From assembly GCA_012719655.1 (NCBI GenBank), contig JAAXZZ010000060.1:1-53307 (forward strand): a stretch of DNA of 53,307 bases. The letters run 5' to 3'. The stretch is from Gammaproteobacteria bacterium. Its GTDB lineage: Bacteria > Pseudomonadota > Gammaproteobacteria > Pseudomonadales > Pseudomonadaceae. The position numbers were made by a program, and so were the translations under genes. Under the pieces are notes generated by a model. It was given only the letters and a program-made list of their open reading frames with translations. It ran no database searches and was not told the origin of the DNA. This document shows, piece after piece, positions 12,069 to 20,386 of the stretch (its first letter is position 1; the number at the start of each line of letters is the position of its first letter).

Positions 12069-14078
12069 ATGTCTAAGCTCAATCCCCGCCAACAAGAAGC
12101 AGTCAATTACATCAGCGGCCCAATGCTGGTGCTGGCCGGTGCTGGCTCAGGCAAAACCAGCGTGATCACCCGTAAAATTGCCTATTTAATTCAGCAGTGC
12201 GGCATCTCTGCTCGGCATATCGTCGCAGTAACCTTTACCAATAAGGCCGCTCGAGAAATGAAAGAGCGCGTCACGTCTTTATTACGCGGCGCGCAAGGCC
12301 ATGGTTTAACCGTGTCTACTTTCCACAACCTAGGTCTCAACATTATCCGCCGTGAGCATGCTTTGCTCGGTTACAAACCCGGCTTCTCAATTTTTGATGA
12401 TTCCGATGTTAAAAATCTGCTCACCGACATTATGCAAAAAGAGTACGCCGGTGATGATGGTGTTGACGAGGTGAAAAACCAGATCAGCCAGTGGAAGAAT
12501 GATTTAGTCCTGCCAGAACAAGCTTTAGAACAGGCGCGCGGCGCTAAAGAGCAAACCGCCGCCATCGTCTACAGCCATTATCAGCGCACACTTAAAGCCT
12601 ACAACGCGGTGGATTTTGATGACTTGATTTTTCAACCGGTCAAACTCTTTCAAAACCAGCCCGAGGTATTGGATAAGTGGCGTAATCGCATCCGTTATAT
12701 GTTGGTGGATGAATACCAAGACACCAATACCAGCCAGTATTTACTGGTCAAACTACTGGTGACTGAGCGCGCGCAGTTCACCGTGGTTGGCGATGACGAC
12801 CAATCGATTTATGCCTGGCGTGGTGCGCGACCGGAAAATCTGCTGCAACTCAAAGAAGATTTTCCTTCGTTAAAAATCGTGATGCTAGAGCAAAACTATC
12901 GCTCCACCAGCCGTATTCTTAAATGCGCCAATATTCTCATTGCTAACAATCCGCATGTGTTTAGCAAAGAGCTCTGGAGTGAAATGGGCCATGGTGATGA
13001 AATCCGCGTGATTCGCTGCCGCAATGAAGACGCTGAAGCCGAGCGCATTGCCATCGAAATTCTCACCGAACACATGCGTACGCAACGTCCTTACAGTGAT
13101 TTTGCGATTTTATACCGTGGTAACTACCAAGCCAAAATCATGGAATTGAAGCTGCAAGTGCATAAAATCCCCTACCGTTTATCGGGAGGTACCAGCTTCT
13201 TTGGCCGCCAAGAATTGAAAGATTTGATGTCGTACTTTCGCTTACTGGTCAATCCAGATGACGATAATGCTTTCTTACGGGTGATTAACGTGCCGCGCCG
13301 TGAGATTGGTTCGACCACGCTAGAAAAACTCAGTAATTATGCCGCCCAGCGGCAGGTTTCCATGTATGAAGCCTGTGCCGAAATCGGTTTAGGCGAACAT
13401 TTAAGCGCGCGTTATACCGAGCGTTTAGCACGCTTTAAACAGTATATGGATAAGTTGCGCCAGCGCTGTTTTAGTGAAGATCCGATTGCGGCGCTAAAAG
13501 AAATGATCCTTGATATTGATTACGAAAACTGGATCCGGCAAAACAGTTCCAGTGAAAAAGCCTGCGAATACCGGATGAGTAACGTTTGGTTTCTGATTGA
13601 TGCGCTTAAAAATACTTTGGAGCGCGACGACGAAGGCGAGATGACCATTGAAGAAGCCATTGCCAAGCTGGTTTTACGCGATATGCTCGAGCGTCAAGAA
13701 GAAGACGAAGATGGTGCTGAAGGGGTGCAGATGATGACCCTGCACGCCTCCAAAGGCTTGGAGTTTCCCAGCGTCTATATCATGGGCATGGAAGAAGAAA
13801 TCCTGCCGCACTGCTCCAGTATTGAAGCCGATACCATCGAAGAAGAACGCCGTTTGGCCTATGTTGGCATTACCCGTGCGAAGCAAAACCTAGCTTTTAC
13901 CTTTGCCAGTAAACGCAAAAAGTATGGCGAAATCATCGACTGCTTACCGAGCCGCTTTCTTGATGAATTGCCGGCTGAAGACTTGCAGTGGGAAGGACTG
14001 GATGAAGCGCCGGTGGAAGTAAAAGCCGCGCGTGGCAACACGGCTTTAGCGGATATCCGTGCCATGTTGAAAAAATAA
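12069..14078 (+). CDS. rep: ATP-dependent DNA helicase Rep
   Basis: AGAGSGKT, TFTNKAAREM, VDEYQDTN, VGDDDQSIY, TLHASKGLEF, EERRLAYVGITRA; about 670 aa. Confidence 0.95.
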   Translation: MSKLNPRQQEAVNYISGPMLVLAGAGSGKTSVITRKIAYLIQQCGISARHIVAVTFTNKAAREMKERVTSLLRGAQGHGLTVSTFHNLGLNIIRREHALLGYKPGFSIFDDSDVKNLLTDIMQKEYAGDDGVDEVKNQISQWKNDLVLPEQALEQARGAKEQTAAIVYSHYQRTLKAYNAVDFDDLIFQPVKLFQNQPEVLDKWRNRIRYMLVDEYQDTNTSQYLLVKLLVTERAQFTVVGDDDQSIYAWRGARPENLLQLKEDFPSLKIVMLEQNYRSTSRILKCANILIANNPHVFSKELWSEMGHGDEIRVIRCRNEDAEAERIAIEILTEHMRTQRPYSDFAILYRGNYQAKIMELKLQVHKIPYRLSGGTSFFGRQELKDLMSYFRLLVNPDDDNAFLRVINVPRREIGSTTLEKLSNYAAQRQVSMYEACAEIGLGEHLSARYTERLARFKQYMDKLRQRCFSEDPIAALKEMILDIDYENWIRQNSSSEKACEYRMSNVWFLIDALKNTLERDDEGEMTIEEAIAKLVLRDMLERQEEDEDGAEGVQMMTLHASKGLEFPSVYIMGMEEEILPHCSSIEADTIEEERRLAYVGITRAKQNLAFTFASKRKKYGEIIDCLPSRFLDELPAEDLQWEGLDEAPVEVKAARGNTALADIRAMLKK

Positions 14079-14101
14079 AAACAAAATACAAAGGGAACTG
14101 C

Positions 14102-14824
14102 ATGCAAACCATTGAACGGATTTATCCAAACCAACTCGATAAAAACTGTCTTGATGATCAAAACACTCTACGTATTCATCTAGAGCGTTACCAGTTTGCA
14201 GCGCAACATGCACAAGGCGATAGCATTCTCGATATGGCCTGCGGCTGTGGCTATGGCACTTTCTTACTCGCGCAACAGCATCCTGATCAGCAAGTGACTG
14301 GGGTTGATTTAGATGCCAGCGCCATTGCTTATGCCCAGCAGCATTATCAACTCGCTAATTTGCAATTTATGTGTGCCAATGCCGAGCAATTTAGTAGTGA
14401 GCAGCCCTTTGATACGATTGTCAGCCTAGAAACTATTGAACATCTGCCCTGTCCGACAAAGCTAGTAATAAACCAAGTTAAATTACTCAGTAGCACTGGG
14501 CGCTTGATTGCTTCTGTGCCAATTACTCCAACGCTGGATGGCAATCCACACCATTTACATGATTTTAGTCAGCGCTCATTTTTGCGCTTATTCTCCGAGT
14601 TAAACTTGCGCTCGATTGAGCACTTTGAACAAATCCAATGGTGGCAATTTAAAGGTTTATTTTCTACTCAACCTGATCTACAAAAACAACACCGTTCACA
14701 AGGTGTCGGCAATGCAGTACTCAATTATTACCGAAAAAACCCGCTATACCTGCTCAAACGCCTGTACTCTATGTTGCGTTACGGCTTTAGCAACCGCTAT
14801 TTAACCTGCGTTTTCACTCGTTAA
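14102..14824 (+). CDS. Class I SAM-dependent methyltransferase
   Basis: ILDMACGCGYG motif I, GVD motif II, FDTIVSLETIEHL. Confidence 0.85.
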   Translation: MQTIERIYPNQLDKNCLDDQNTLRIHLERYQFAAQHAQGDSILDMACGCGYGTFLLAQQHPDQQVTGVDLDASAIAYAQQHYQLANLQFMCANAEQFSSEQPFDTIVSLETIEHLPCPTKLVINQVKLLSSTGRLIASVPITPTLDGNPHHLHDFSQRSFLRLFSELNLRSIEHFEQIQWWQFKGLFSTQPDLQKQHRSQGVGNAVLNYYRKNPLYLLKRLYSMLRYGFSNRYLTCVFTR

Positions 14825-14868
14825 GCCAATACTCTGCGTATTATTTTTAGCGCATAAGGATTTCAATT

Positions 14869-16086
14869 ATTACCCAAGCATCTGCCAAAAATTCGCTGAG
14901 CTTACAGCTAATTATCTTGCTCGCCTCACTCAGTGCGCTAGTAGCGGCGGCGATTGACATGTACCTGCCCGCTTTTCCAACAGTTGCCAGCAGCCTAAAC
15001 ATTAGTGCAGGGCAAGTTCAGCAAACCCTCACCATTTTTTTAATTGGTTTAGGCATTGGTCAGGGTCTGTATGGTCCGCTGCTGGATCGTTTTGGACGTA
15101 AACCGCCGTTATTGATCGGGATTGGGTTATTTATCTTAGGCTCCCTATGTGCTGCCTTAACCACCAGTTTTACAGGCTTGTTGGTTGCACGTTTTTTACA
15201 AGCCATTGGCGCAGCAGCCGGTTCTGTGGCCTCGCGCGCGGTGGTGACTGATACCTGTGACCCACAGAGTTCGGCACGTATTTATTCAATGTTAATGCAA
15301 GTAATGATGATCGCACCGATCACCGCACCGATGCTCGGAGGGCTGATTTTATTGTATGGTGAGTGGCATTTCATTTTTTGGCTGCTGGCCTTCTTTGGCA
15401 TCATCTGCGCTGCATTCACTGTACGTCTGCTTCCAGAAACCTTAGCGGTAGAGCGCCGTGTGCCACTGTCAATGCGCAGTATCGTGCGCAACTATGCGAT
15501 TCAACTGAGTAACCCAAGCTTCTTTTTTTACACTTTGGCAACCAGCTGCACCTTGGGTTGCTTGTTTATTTATATCAATAATTCACCCTTTGTCTTTATT
15601 GAAATATTTGCTTTGTCGCCCACCCAGTTCAGTTATATTTTTGCTGCCAATGCCCTGGTGATGATCGCTATCAGCCAAATCAACCTGCGTTTATTAAAGC
15701 TTTATAGCGTCAGAGGCGTGCTCTTTATCGGCCTCGGTGGATTTATTGTGATTGGCCTGCTCCTGCTGGGTATCGTGCAGTTAGGTTGGGCGGCGTTGTG
15801 GAACTACAGCATCCTGCTCGGCTTAGGCATGGCCATGCTCGGTTTAATTACTGGCAATCTCACCGCATTAACCATGGCCCACACCCAACAGCACGCAGGT
15901 ATTGCCTCGGCGTTGATGGGCTTGATCCAATTTTTACTGGCCGCTACCATCGGTTTTATTGCCAGTATCAGCGCAGCACCCACACTCTATACCCTACCGC
16001 TGGCTTTACTGGTGCTTGGTTTAAGTGCGTTGGGCTTATGCTTAGTCGGCAAATACTTTGCGCAAAAAGCCACGCCCGATCCTTAA
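14869..16086 (+). CDS. Bcr/CflA family MFS multidrug efflux transporter (start uncertain: ATT 14866/14869 or TTG 14917)
   Basis: IDMYLPAFP, GPLLDRFGRKP, RFLQAIG, LPETL; 12-TM pattern. Confidence 0.85.
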   Translation: MTQASAKNSLSLQLIILLASLSALVAAAIDMYLPAFPTVASSLNISAGQVQQTLTIFLIGLGIGQGLYGPLLDRFGRKPPLLIGIGLFILGSLCAALTTSFTGLLVARFLQAIGAAAGSVASRAVVTDTCDPQSSARIYSMLMQVMMIAPITAPMLGGLILLYGEWHFIFWLLAFFGIICAAFTVRLLPETLAVERRVPLSMRSIVRNYAIQLSNPSFFFYTLATSCTLGCLFIYINNSPFVFIEIFALSPTQFSYIFAANALVMIAISQINLRLLKLYSVRGVLFIGLGGFIVIGLLLLGIVQLGWAALWNYSILLGLGMAMLGLITGNLTALTMAHTQQHAGIASALMGLIQFLLAATIGFIASISAAPTLYTLPLALLVLGLSALGLCLVGKYFAQKATPDP

Positions 16087-16183
16087 CTGTCCTAAGCCAC
16101 TTGATCACTAAACACAGGCACCAAGCACATACTACAGCTGTCAAAAAATCACCACAGTCATTCACACTATTAGGCGCAACGTT

Positions 16184-17950
16184 ATGACCTTTGAAATTGT
16201 GCTCGTTTTGCTGATTACTGTCGCAGCCATGACGCTGTTTGTGACCGAAAAGCTGCGCATTGATGCCATTGCCATCTTAGTACTGGTGAGCTTAACTTTG
16301 CTGGATCTGGTCAGCCCCAGCCAAGCCTTAAGCGGCTTTAGTAACTCGGCGACCATCACTGTAGCGTCGATGTTTGTGCTTGCTGCAGGACTACAAAACA
16401 GCGGTGCACTGGCTGGTATTCAACGCTTACTCGGCGCCGCCGGTTCGCCTTTACAGTTTTTACTGATGCTGTTTGCTCTGCTGGCGTTAATCGCGCCCTT
16501 CGTCAACAATACGGCAGTGGTGGCCATTTTTATTCCCATCGTGATTGCCGCCAGCCTAAAAGTTGGCCTATCACCGTCGAAAACACTGATTCCGCTGTCT
16601 TACGTTGCGCAAATGATGGGCGTCGTAACCTTGATTGGCTCGTCTACCAACCTGCTGGTCAACTCGATTGCTAAAGACCTTGGTCACCCTGGCTTTAGTA
16701 TGTTTGAGTTTTTACCTTTAGCACTGATTTGTGCCAGCGCTGGCTGCTTGTATCTGCTGACGCTAGGGCGCTGGTTATTACCTGATGTGCGCAGCGCCGA
16801 CTTAAATAATCTCTACGAGTTTGGCCACTATATCAGCGAGCTGAAAGTCACCGAAGACTCGAAGTTACTGGGTCGCAGCGTCGAAGAAGCCAAGCTCAGC
16901 AAAGACTACAATGTCTATATCTTAGAATTACTGCGTGATGGCGAAAAGTACTGGTCACCGCGTTCTGAAGAGTTGCGTGCAGGTGATATTTTATTGGCTC
17001 GCGGGCTGTGGTCTGATCTTGAAACCCTTAAAGATGAACAAAAACTCGAGTTCAATACCCAAACTGACTTTCAACTCAAGGGTGAGAAACGGGAAAAATC
17101 CGTACTGGCTGAAGTGATGATTGCCCCACAATCGCGCGCAGCAGGACGCTTGCTGGCCGTTTTAAACCGCAGTTGGCGTTACAATGCGTCGGTCATGGGT
17201 GTGCAGCGCCGCGGGCAAGTGGTGCGCGAGCAACTGAATAGTTTACGTCTGCGCATTGGTGATATTTTACTGTTGGCGTTACCCGAAAAAGATTTGGCGG
17301 CGCTGCGTAAAGATAAAAGCGTGATTGTTATTTCACAACGCGAGGCGACACACAACTACGGCTGGCGCGCACCTTTTGCCATCGTCATTATGGCGGCGGT
17401 GGTCACGGTCTCAGCCATCGGTTGGCTACCAACCGCAATTGCCGCGTTAACCGGCGCGGTGGCGATGACTCTGGCAGGCTGTGTCCATGCTGATGATGTG
17501 TACGAGAGTACCGATTGGTCGATTGTGATTCTAATTGCTGGACTGTTACCCCTTGGGATTGCCATGAGCAGCAGCGGTGCAGCGCAGTTTTTAGTGGACA
17601 ACAGCATCGGTTTAGTCAGCCATTTGGGACCCCATGTGGTACTGGCGGTACTGTACTTGATGGCATTGGCACTGGGTGAACTGATGAGTAACTCAGCCGC
17701 AGCCGTGCTACTTACCCCAATCGGCTTCTCGACCGCACAACTGATGGGAGCAGATGCCACACCTTTTTTAATTGCCATTACCTTCGCCGCCTCAACCAGC
17801 TTTATGACCCCTGTGGGCTACCAAACCAATATGATGGTGTATAACGCCGGCGGCTATAAGTTCAGTGACTTTATAAAAGTTGGCTTGCCGCTCAATACTA
17901 TTTTTTGGCTCTTGGGCGTGATCTTTATTCCCATGTTTTGGCCGTTTTAG
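16184..17950 (+). CDS. SLC13-like permease with two TrkA-C domains
   Basis: FVNNTAVV, TLIGSSTNL, central soluble TrkA-C repeats, SNSAAA, SFMTPVGYQTN. Confidence 0.88.
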   Translation: MTFEIVLVLLITVAAMTLFVTEKLRIDAIAILVLVSLTLLDLVSPSQALSGFSNSATITVASMFVLAAGLQNSGALAGIQRLLGAAGSPLQFLLMLFALLALIAPFVNNTAVVAIFIPIVIAASLKVGLSPSKTLIPLSYVAQMMGVVTLIGSSTNLLVNSIAKDLGHPGFSMFEFLPLALICASAGCLYLLTLGRWLLPDVRSADLNNLYEFGHYISELKVTEDSKLLGRSVEEAKLSKDYNVYILELLRDGEKYWSPRSEELRAGDILLARGLWSDLETLKDEQKLEFNTQTDFQLKGEKREKSVLAEVMIAPQSRAAGRLLAVLNRSWRYNASVMGVQRRGQVVREQLNSLRLRIGDILLLALPEKDLAALRKDKSVIVISQREATHNYGWRAPFAIVIMAAVVTVSAIGWLPTAIAALTGAVAMTLAGCVHADDVYESTDWSIVILIAGLLPLGIAMSSSGAAQFLVDNSIGLVSHLGPHVVLAVLYLMALALGELMSNSAAAVLLTPIGFSTAQLMGADATPFLIAITFAASTSFMTPVGYQTNMMVYNAGGYKFSDFIKVGLPLNTIFWLLGVIFIPMFWPF

Positions 17951-18150
17951 CTGGGTTAAGCACAGCCTGCAGCGCAGGCCTGACCTGCTAAAGAGTGCTA
18001 ACGCCCACGCTCATGCCATCACAAAAACCCGTAAGAGCGAGCCATACCCGCGAATGCAATTCCCTACCTTCATCCTGCAAGCGAGTGCCGAAGAAAAGCA
18101 TAGGCGGCCACGTCGCTACGCGCTTCGCGGAGACGCTGATCATCCTCTTG

Positions 18151-18173
18151 GGAGCGCGGGCCGCTGGCCCGCA
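18151..18173 (+). repeat. REP-like palindrome (GGAG-headed)
   Basis: ggagc-gcgggcc-gct-ggcccgc-a; related copy at 48298-48320 on the minus strand. Confidence 0.55.
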
Positions 18174-18206
18174 TCTGCACCCGCACCCACACTTAGAATA
18201 GCAAGC

Positions 18207-18299
18207 TCGCGAGTACCAACAGCCAGTCACGCCGAGCTGGATCTCTGGATAGAGCGGGTGCTCTTCGCTGACAGCATTGATGCGGTGTTTGCAGAGTAA
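18207..18299 (+). pseudogene. 3' remnant of an Rpn/DUF4351-like gene
   Basis: SRVPTASHAELDLWIERVLFADSIDAVFAE-stop resembles the C-terminal helix of these proteins; upstream sequence is not protein-like. Confidence 0.5.
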
Positions 18300-18507
18300 C
18301 GTCTGTTCTGCTGCAGGGAGCGCAAGGCAGCATAAATACGCGACCTGCAACTAGGATAAGTGCAAGGTTTGCTAAGTTTGCTGGTAGCGGCGCAGCTATA
18401 TCGCAAATAGATTCTTGACTGCAAAGTGCTTCGCAGGCATGGCCGGCTGCTTCAGGACGTAAACAATACTAGCAACTTGATATTACCCAAGACAGCAGAT
18501 ATTTTAT

Positions 18508-18516
18508 TGATATAAT
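18508..18516 (+). promoter_or_regulatory. Extended -10 promoter element for the cyclase operon
   Basis: TG-A-TATAAT 80 bp upstream of ATG 18596. Confidence 0.5.
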
Positions 18517-18595
18517 AGCAATGGCCCAACACTAGCTCTAAGCAATAGCCCGCTCGCAGACCCTACCAAATACAATCACAAAGGCAGCCACGGCA

Positions 18596-19852
18596 ATGCT
18601 CAACAGACTCGCAATACGCTATAAGCTGATTATTCTGCTGGGCTTAAGTGGAGGCTTTGCGCTGCTGACTTCTTCACTAATCATGGTGTCTTCAATGTAT
18701 TTGACACAGTCGAAGTCATCCATGCAGGTGCTACACCAACTGACTGATGTCATCAGTGAAAATATGCAGGCTGCACTTGCGTTTAATGATGCAAGCAGCG
18801 CCAGTAAGATTTTAGCTTCGCTGCATACCAATCCACATATTTTACTGGCAATTGTCACAAACAATAACGGTCAGATTCTCAGTCAATATCAGGCTAACTT
18901 TTTACAAGCTGAGCGCGCACAGATCCATAAGCAAGCACTTGAGCAGATTCTTAAAGAGCGCACGCCGCAGCAGCCCGATCAATTGCTCGAACATATTCAG
19001 CCAGACTGGATGGGAGTAGTGAAACCGGTATTTTTCGAAGGCCAAGCCATTGGCACCCTAACACTGCTGTCTGACACCCAAGTCATGTGGGATGAGTTTC
19101 GTAAGTTTGTACTGATGCAAATACTTGCATCAGCTCTGACAGTGGCTCTATTGCTATTTTTGTCATTAAAGTTTCAAGCCATTTTTACTCAACCTATCCT
19201 TAATCTGATTAGCAGTATGCGTACCGTAGCGCAAACCAAAAACTACCGCACAGTCTTGAAGTCAGACCATAAGGATGAATTTAAGCACCTCTACGATGTG
19301 TTCAACTCCATGCTGGTCGATATCCAAGAGCGTGATGACCGTCTGTTTAAATTAGCAACAACCGATGCTCTAACCGGTCTTGCCAATCGGCACCACGCCA
19401 TGGAACTCATGAACACTATCATTAACCGTGCACAGCGCACTCAACATCCGTTCGGTTTGATTATGGTCGATCTGGATTTCTTCAAGAAAATCAACGATAC
19501 CTACGGTCATCAGACTGGTGATCTGGTACTGCAAGAAGCGGCTAAGGTACTTCGTGACAGCGCCCGAGAATATGATCTGGTTGCGCGCTTGGGTGGTGAG
19601 GAGTTTCTAATTGTCTGTGACGATGCCCCACTACAAACCTGCATTGTTATTGCCCAACGCATTCAGCAAAATCTGGCCAATCACGAGATTGAATACGCAC
19701 CGGGCTGTAAGCTGAATGTTACCGCCAGTATTGGTGTATACAGCTCAGCCCAGAACCCTGCAGAGACATCCATTGCAGCTATGCTGTCTGCCGCCGATGC
19801 AGCGCTGTATCAAGCCAAGCATACTGGCCGCAATACTTACTGCGTGGCCTAG
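18596..19852 (+). CDS. YfiN-like membrane diguanylate cyclase (TM-CHASE8-TM-HAMP-GGDEF)
   Basis: AALAFNDxxxA periplasmic motif, HAMP DEF..L...FNSML, DALTGLANR, DLDFFKKINDTYGHQTGD, REYD I-site, GGEEF. Confidence 0.9.
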   Translation: MLNRLAIRYKLIILLGLSGGFALLTSSLIMVSSMYLTQSKSSMQVLHQLTDVISENMQAALAFNDASSASKILASLHTNPHILLAIVTNNNGQILSQYQANFLQAERAQIHKQALEQILKERTPQQPDQLLEHIQPDWMGVVKPVFFEGQAIGTLTLLSDTQVMWDEFRKFVLMQILASALTVALLLFLSLKFQAIFTQPILNLISSMRTVAQTKNYRTVLKSDHKDEFKHLYDVFNSMLVDIQERDDRLFKLATTDALTGLANRHHAMELMNTIINRAQRTQHPFGLIMVDLDFFKKINDTYGHQTGDLVLQEAAKVLRDSAREYDLVARLGGEEFLIVCDDAPLQTCIVIAQRIQQNLANHEIEYAPGCKLNVTASIGVYSSAQNPAETSIAAMLSAADAALYQAKHTGRNTYCVA

Positions 19853-20386
19853 ATGCCCTTTGCCTACCGACTCCTATCTTGGTTAATAATCAGCATGACA
19901 TGGCTGACTCCTCAGTCCTATGCCAATGACGTAGAAACTGAACTGACTGCTGTATTCATTGGCCGCTTTGCCAGCTATGTCGAATGGCCAGCCTCAGAAC
20001 ATCGACACTTTGTGATTACCGTACTCGGTGAAAACCTGTTTGGCTCCAAGCTCGACCAGCTTTATCACAATAAACAAATTAAAGACAAACCCGTTAAAGT
20101 GCGCTACGCCGCAACCCTTAATCAGGTGGCTCGCAGCGATATTTTATTTATCAATCTACAGACTGCCAGCGACCGCCTATCGGCCATCCATTTTGCCCGT
20201 CAACACAGTATGCTGAGCATCAGTACCGCACGAGGTTTTGCTGATAACGGTGGCATCATCCAGCTCAATATTGTCGAGCAAAAAGCTCAAATCAAAATCA
20301 ACCATACCGCGGCCCTAGATAGCGACCTAAAAATTGCGGCGCCATTGCTCTCAATTGCCACTGTTTTACGGAAAAAACAACCATGA
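19853..20386 (+). CDS. YfiR family (DUF4154) periplasmic protein
   Basis: Signal peptide; ELTAVFIGRFASYVEWP, ILFI, GFADNGGII, INHTAALDSDLKIAAPLLSIA match the family pattern. Confidence 0.85.
   Translation: MPFAYRLLSWLIISMTWLTPQSYANDVETELTAVFIGRFASYVEWPASEHRHFVITVLGENLFGSKLDQLYHNKQIKDKPVKVRYAATLNQVARSDILFINLQTASDRLSAIHFARQHSMLSISTARGFADNGGIIQLNIVEQKAQIKINHTAALDSDLKIAAPLLSIATVLRKKQP

Noticed and set aside
17988-18424. Four overlapping 65-120 aa ORFs
   Set aside because: Not protein-like apart from the 30-aa remnant reported.
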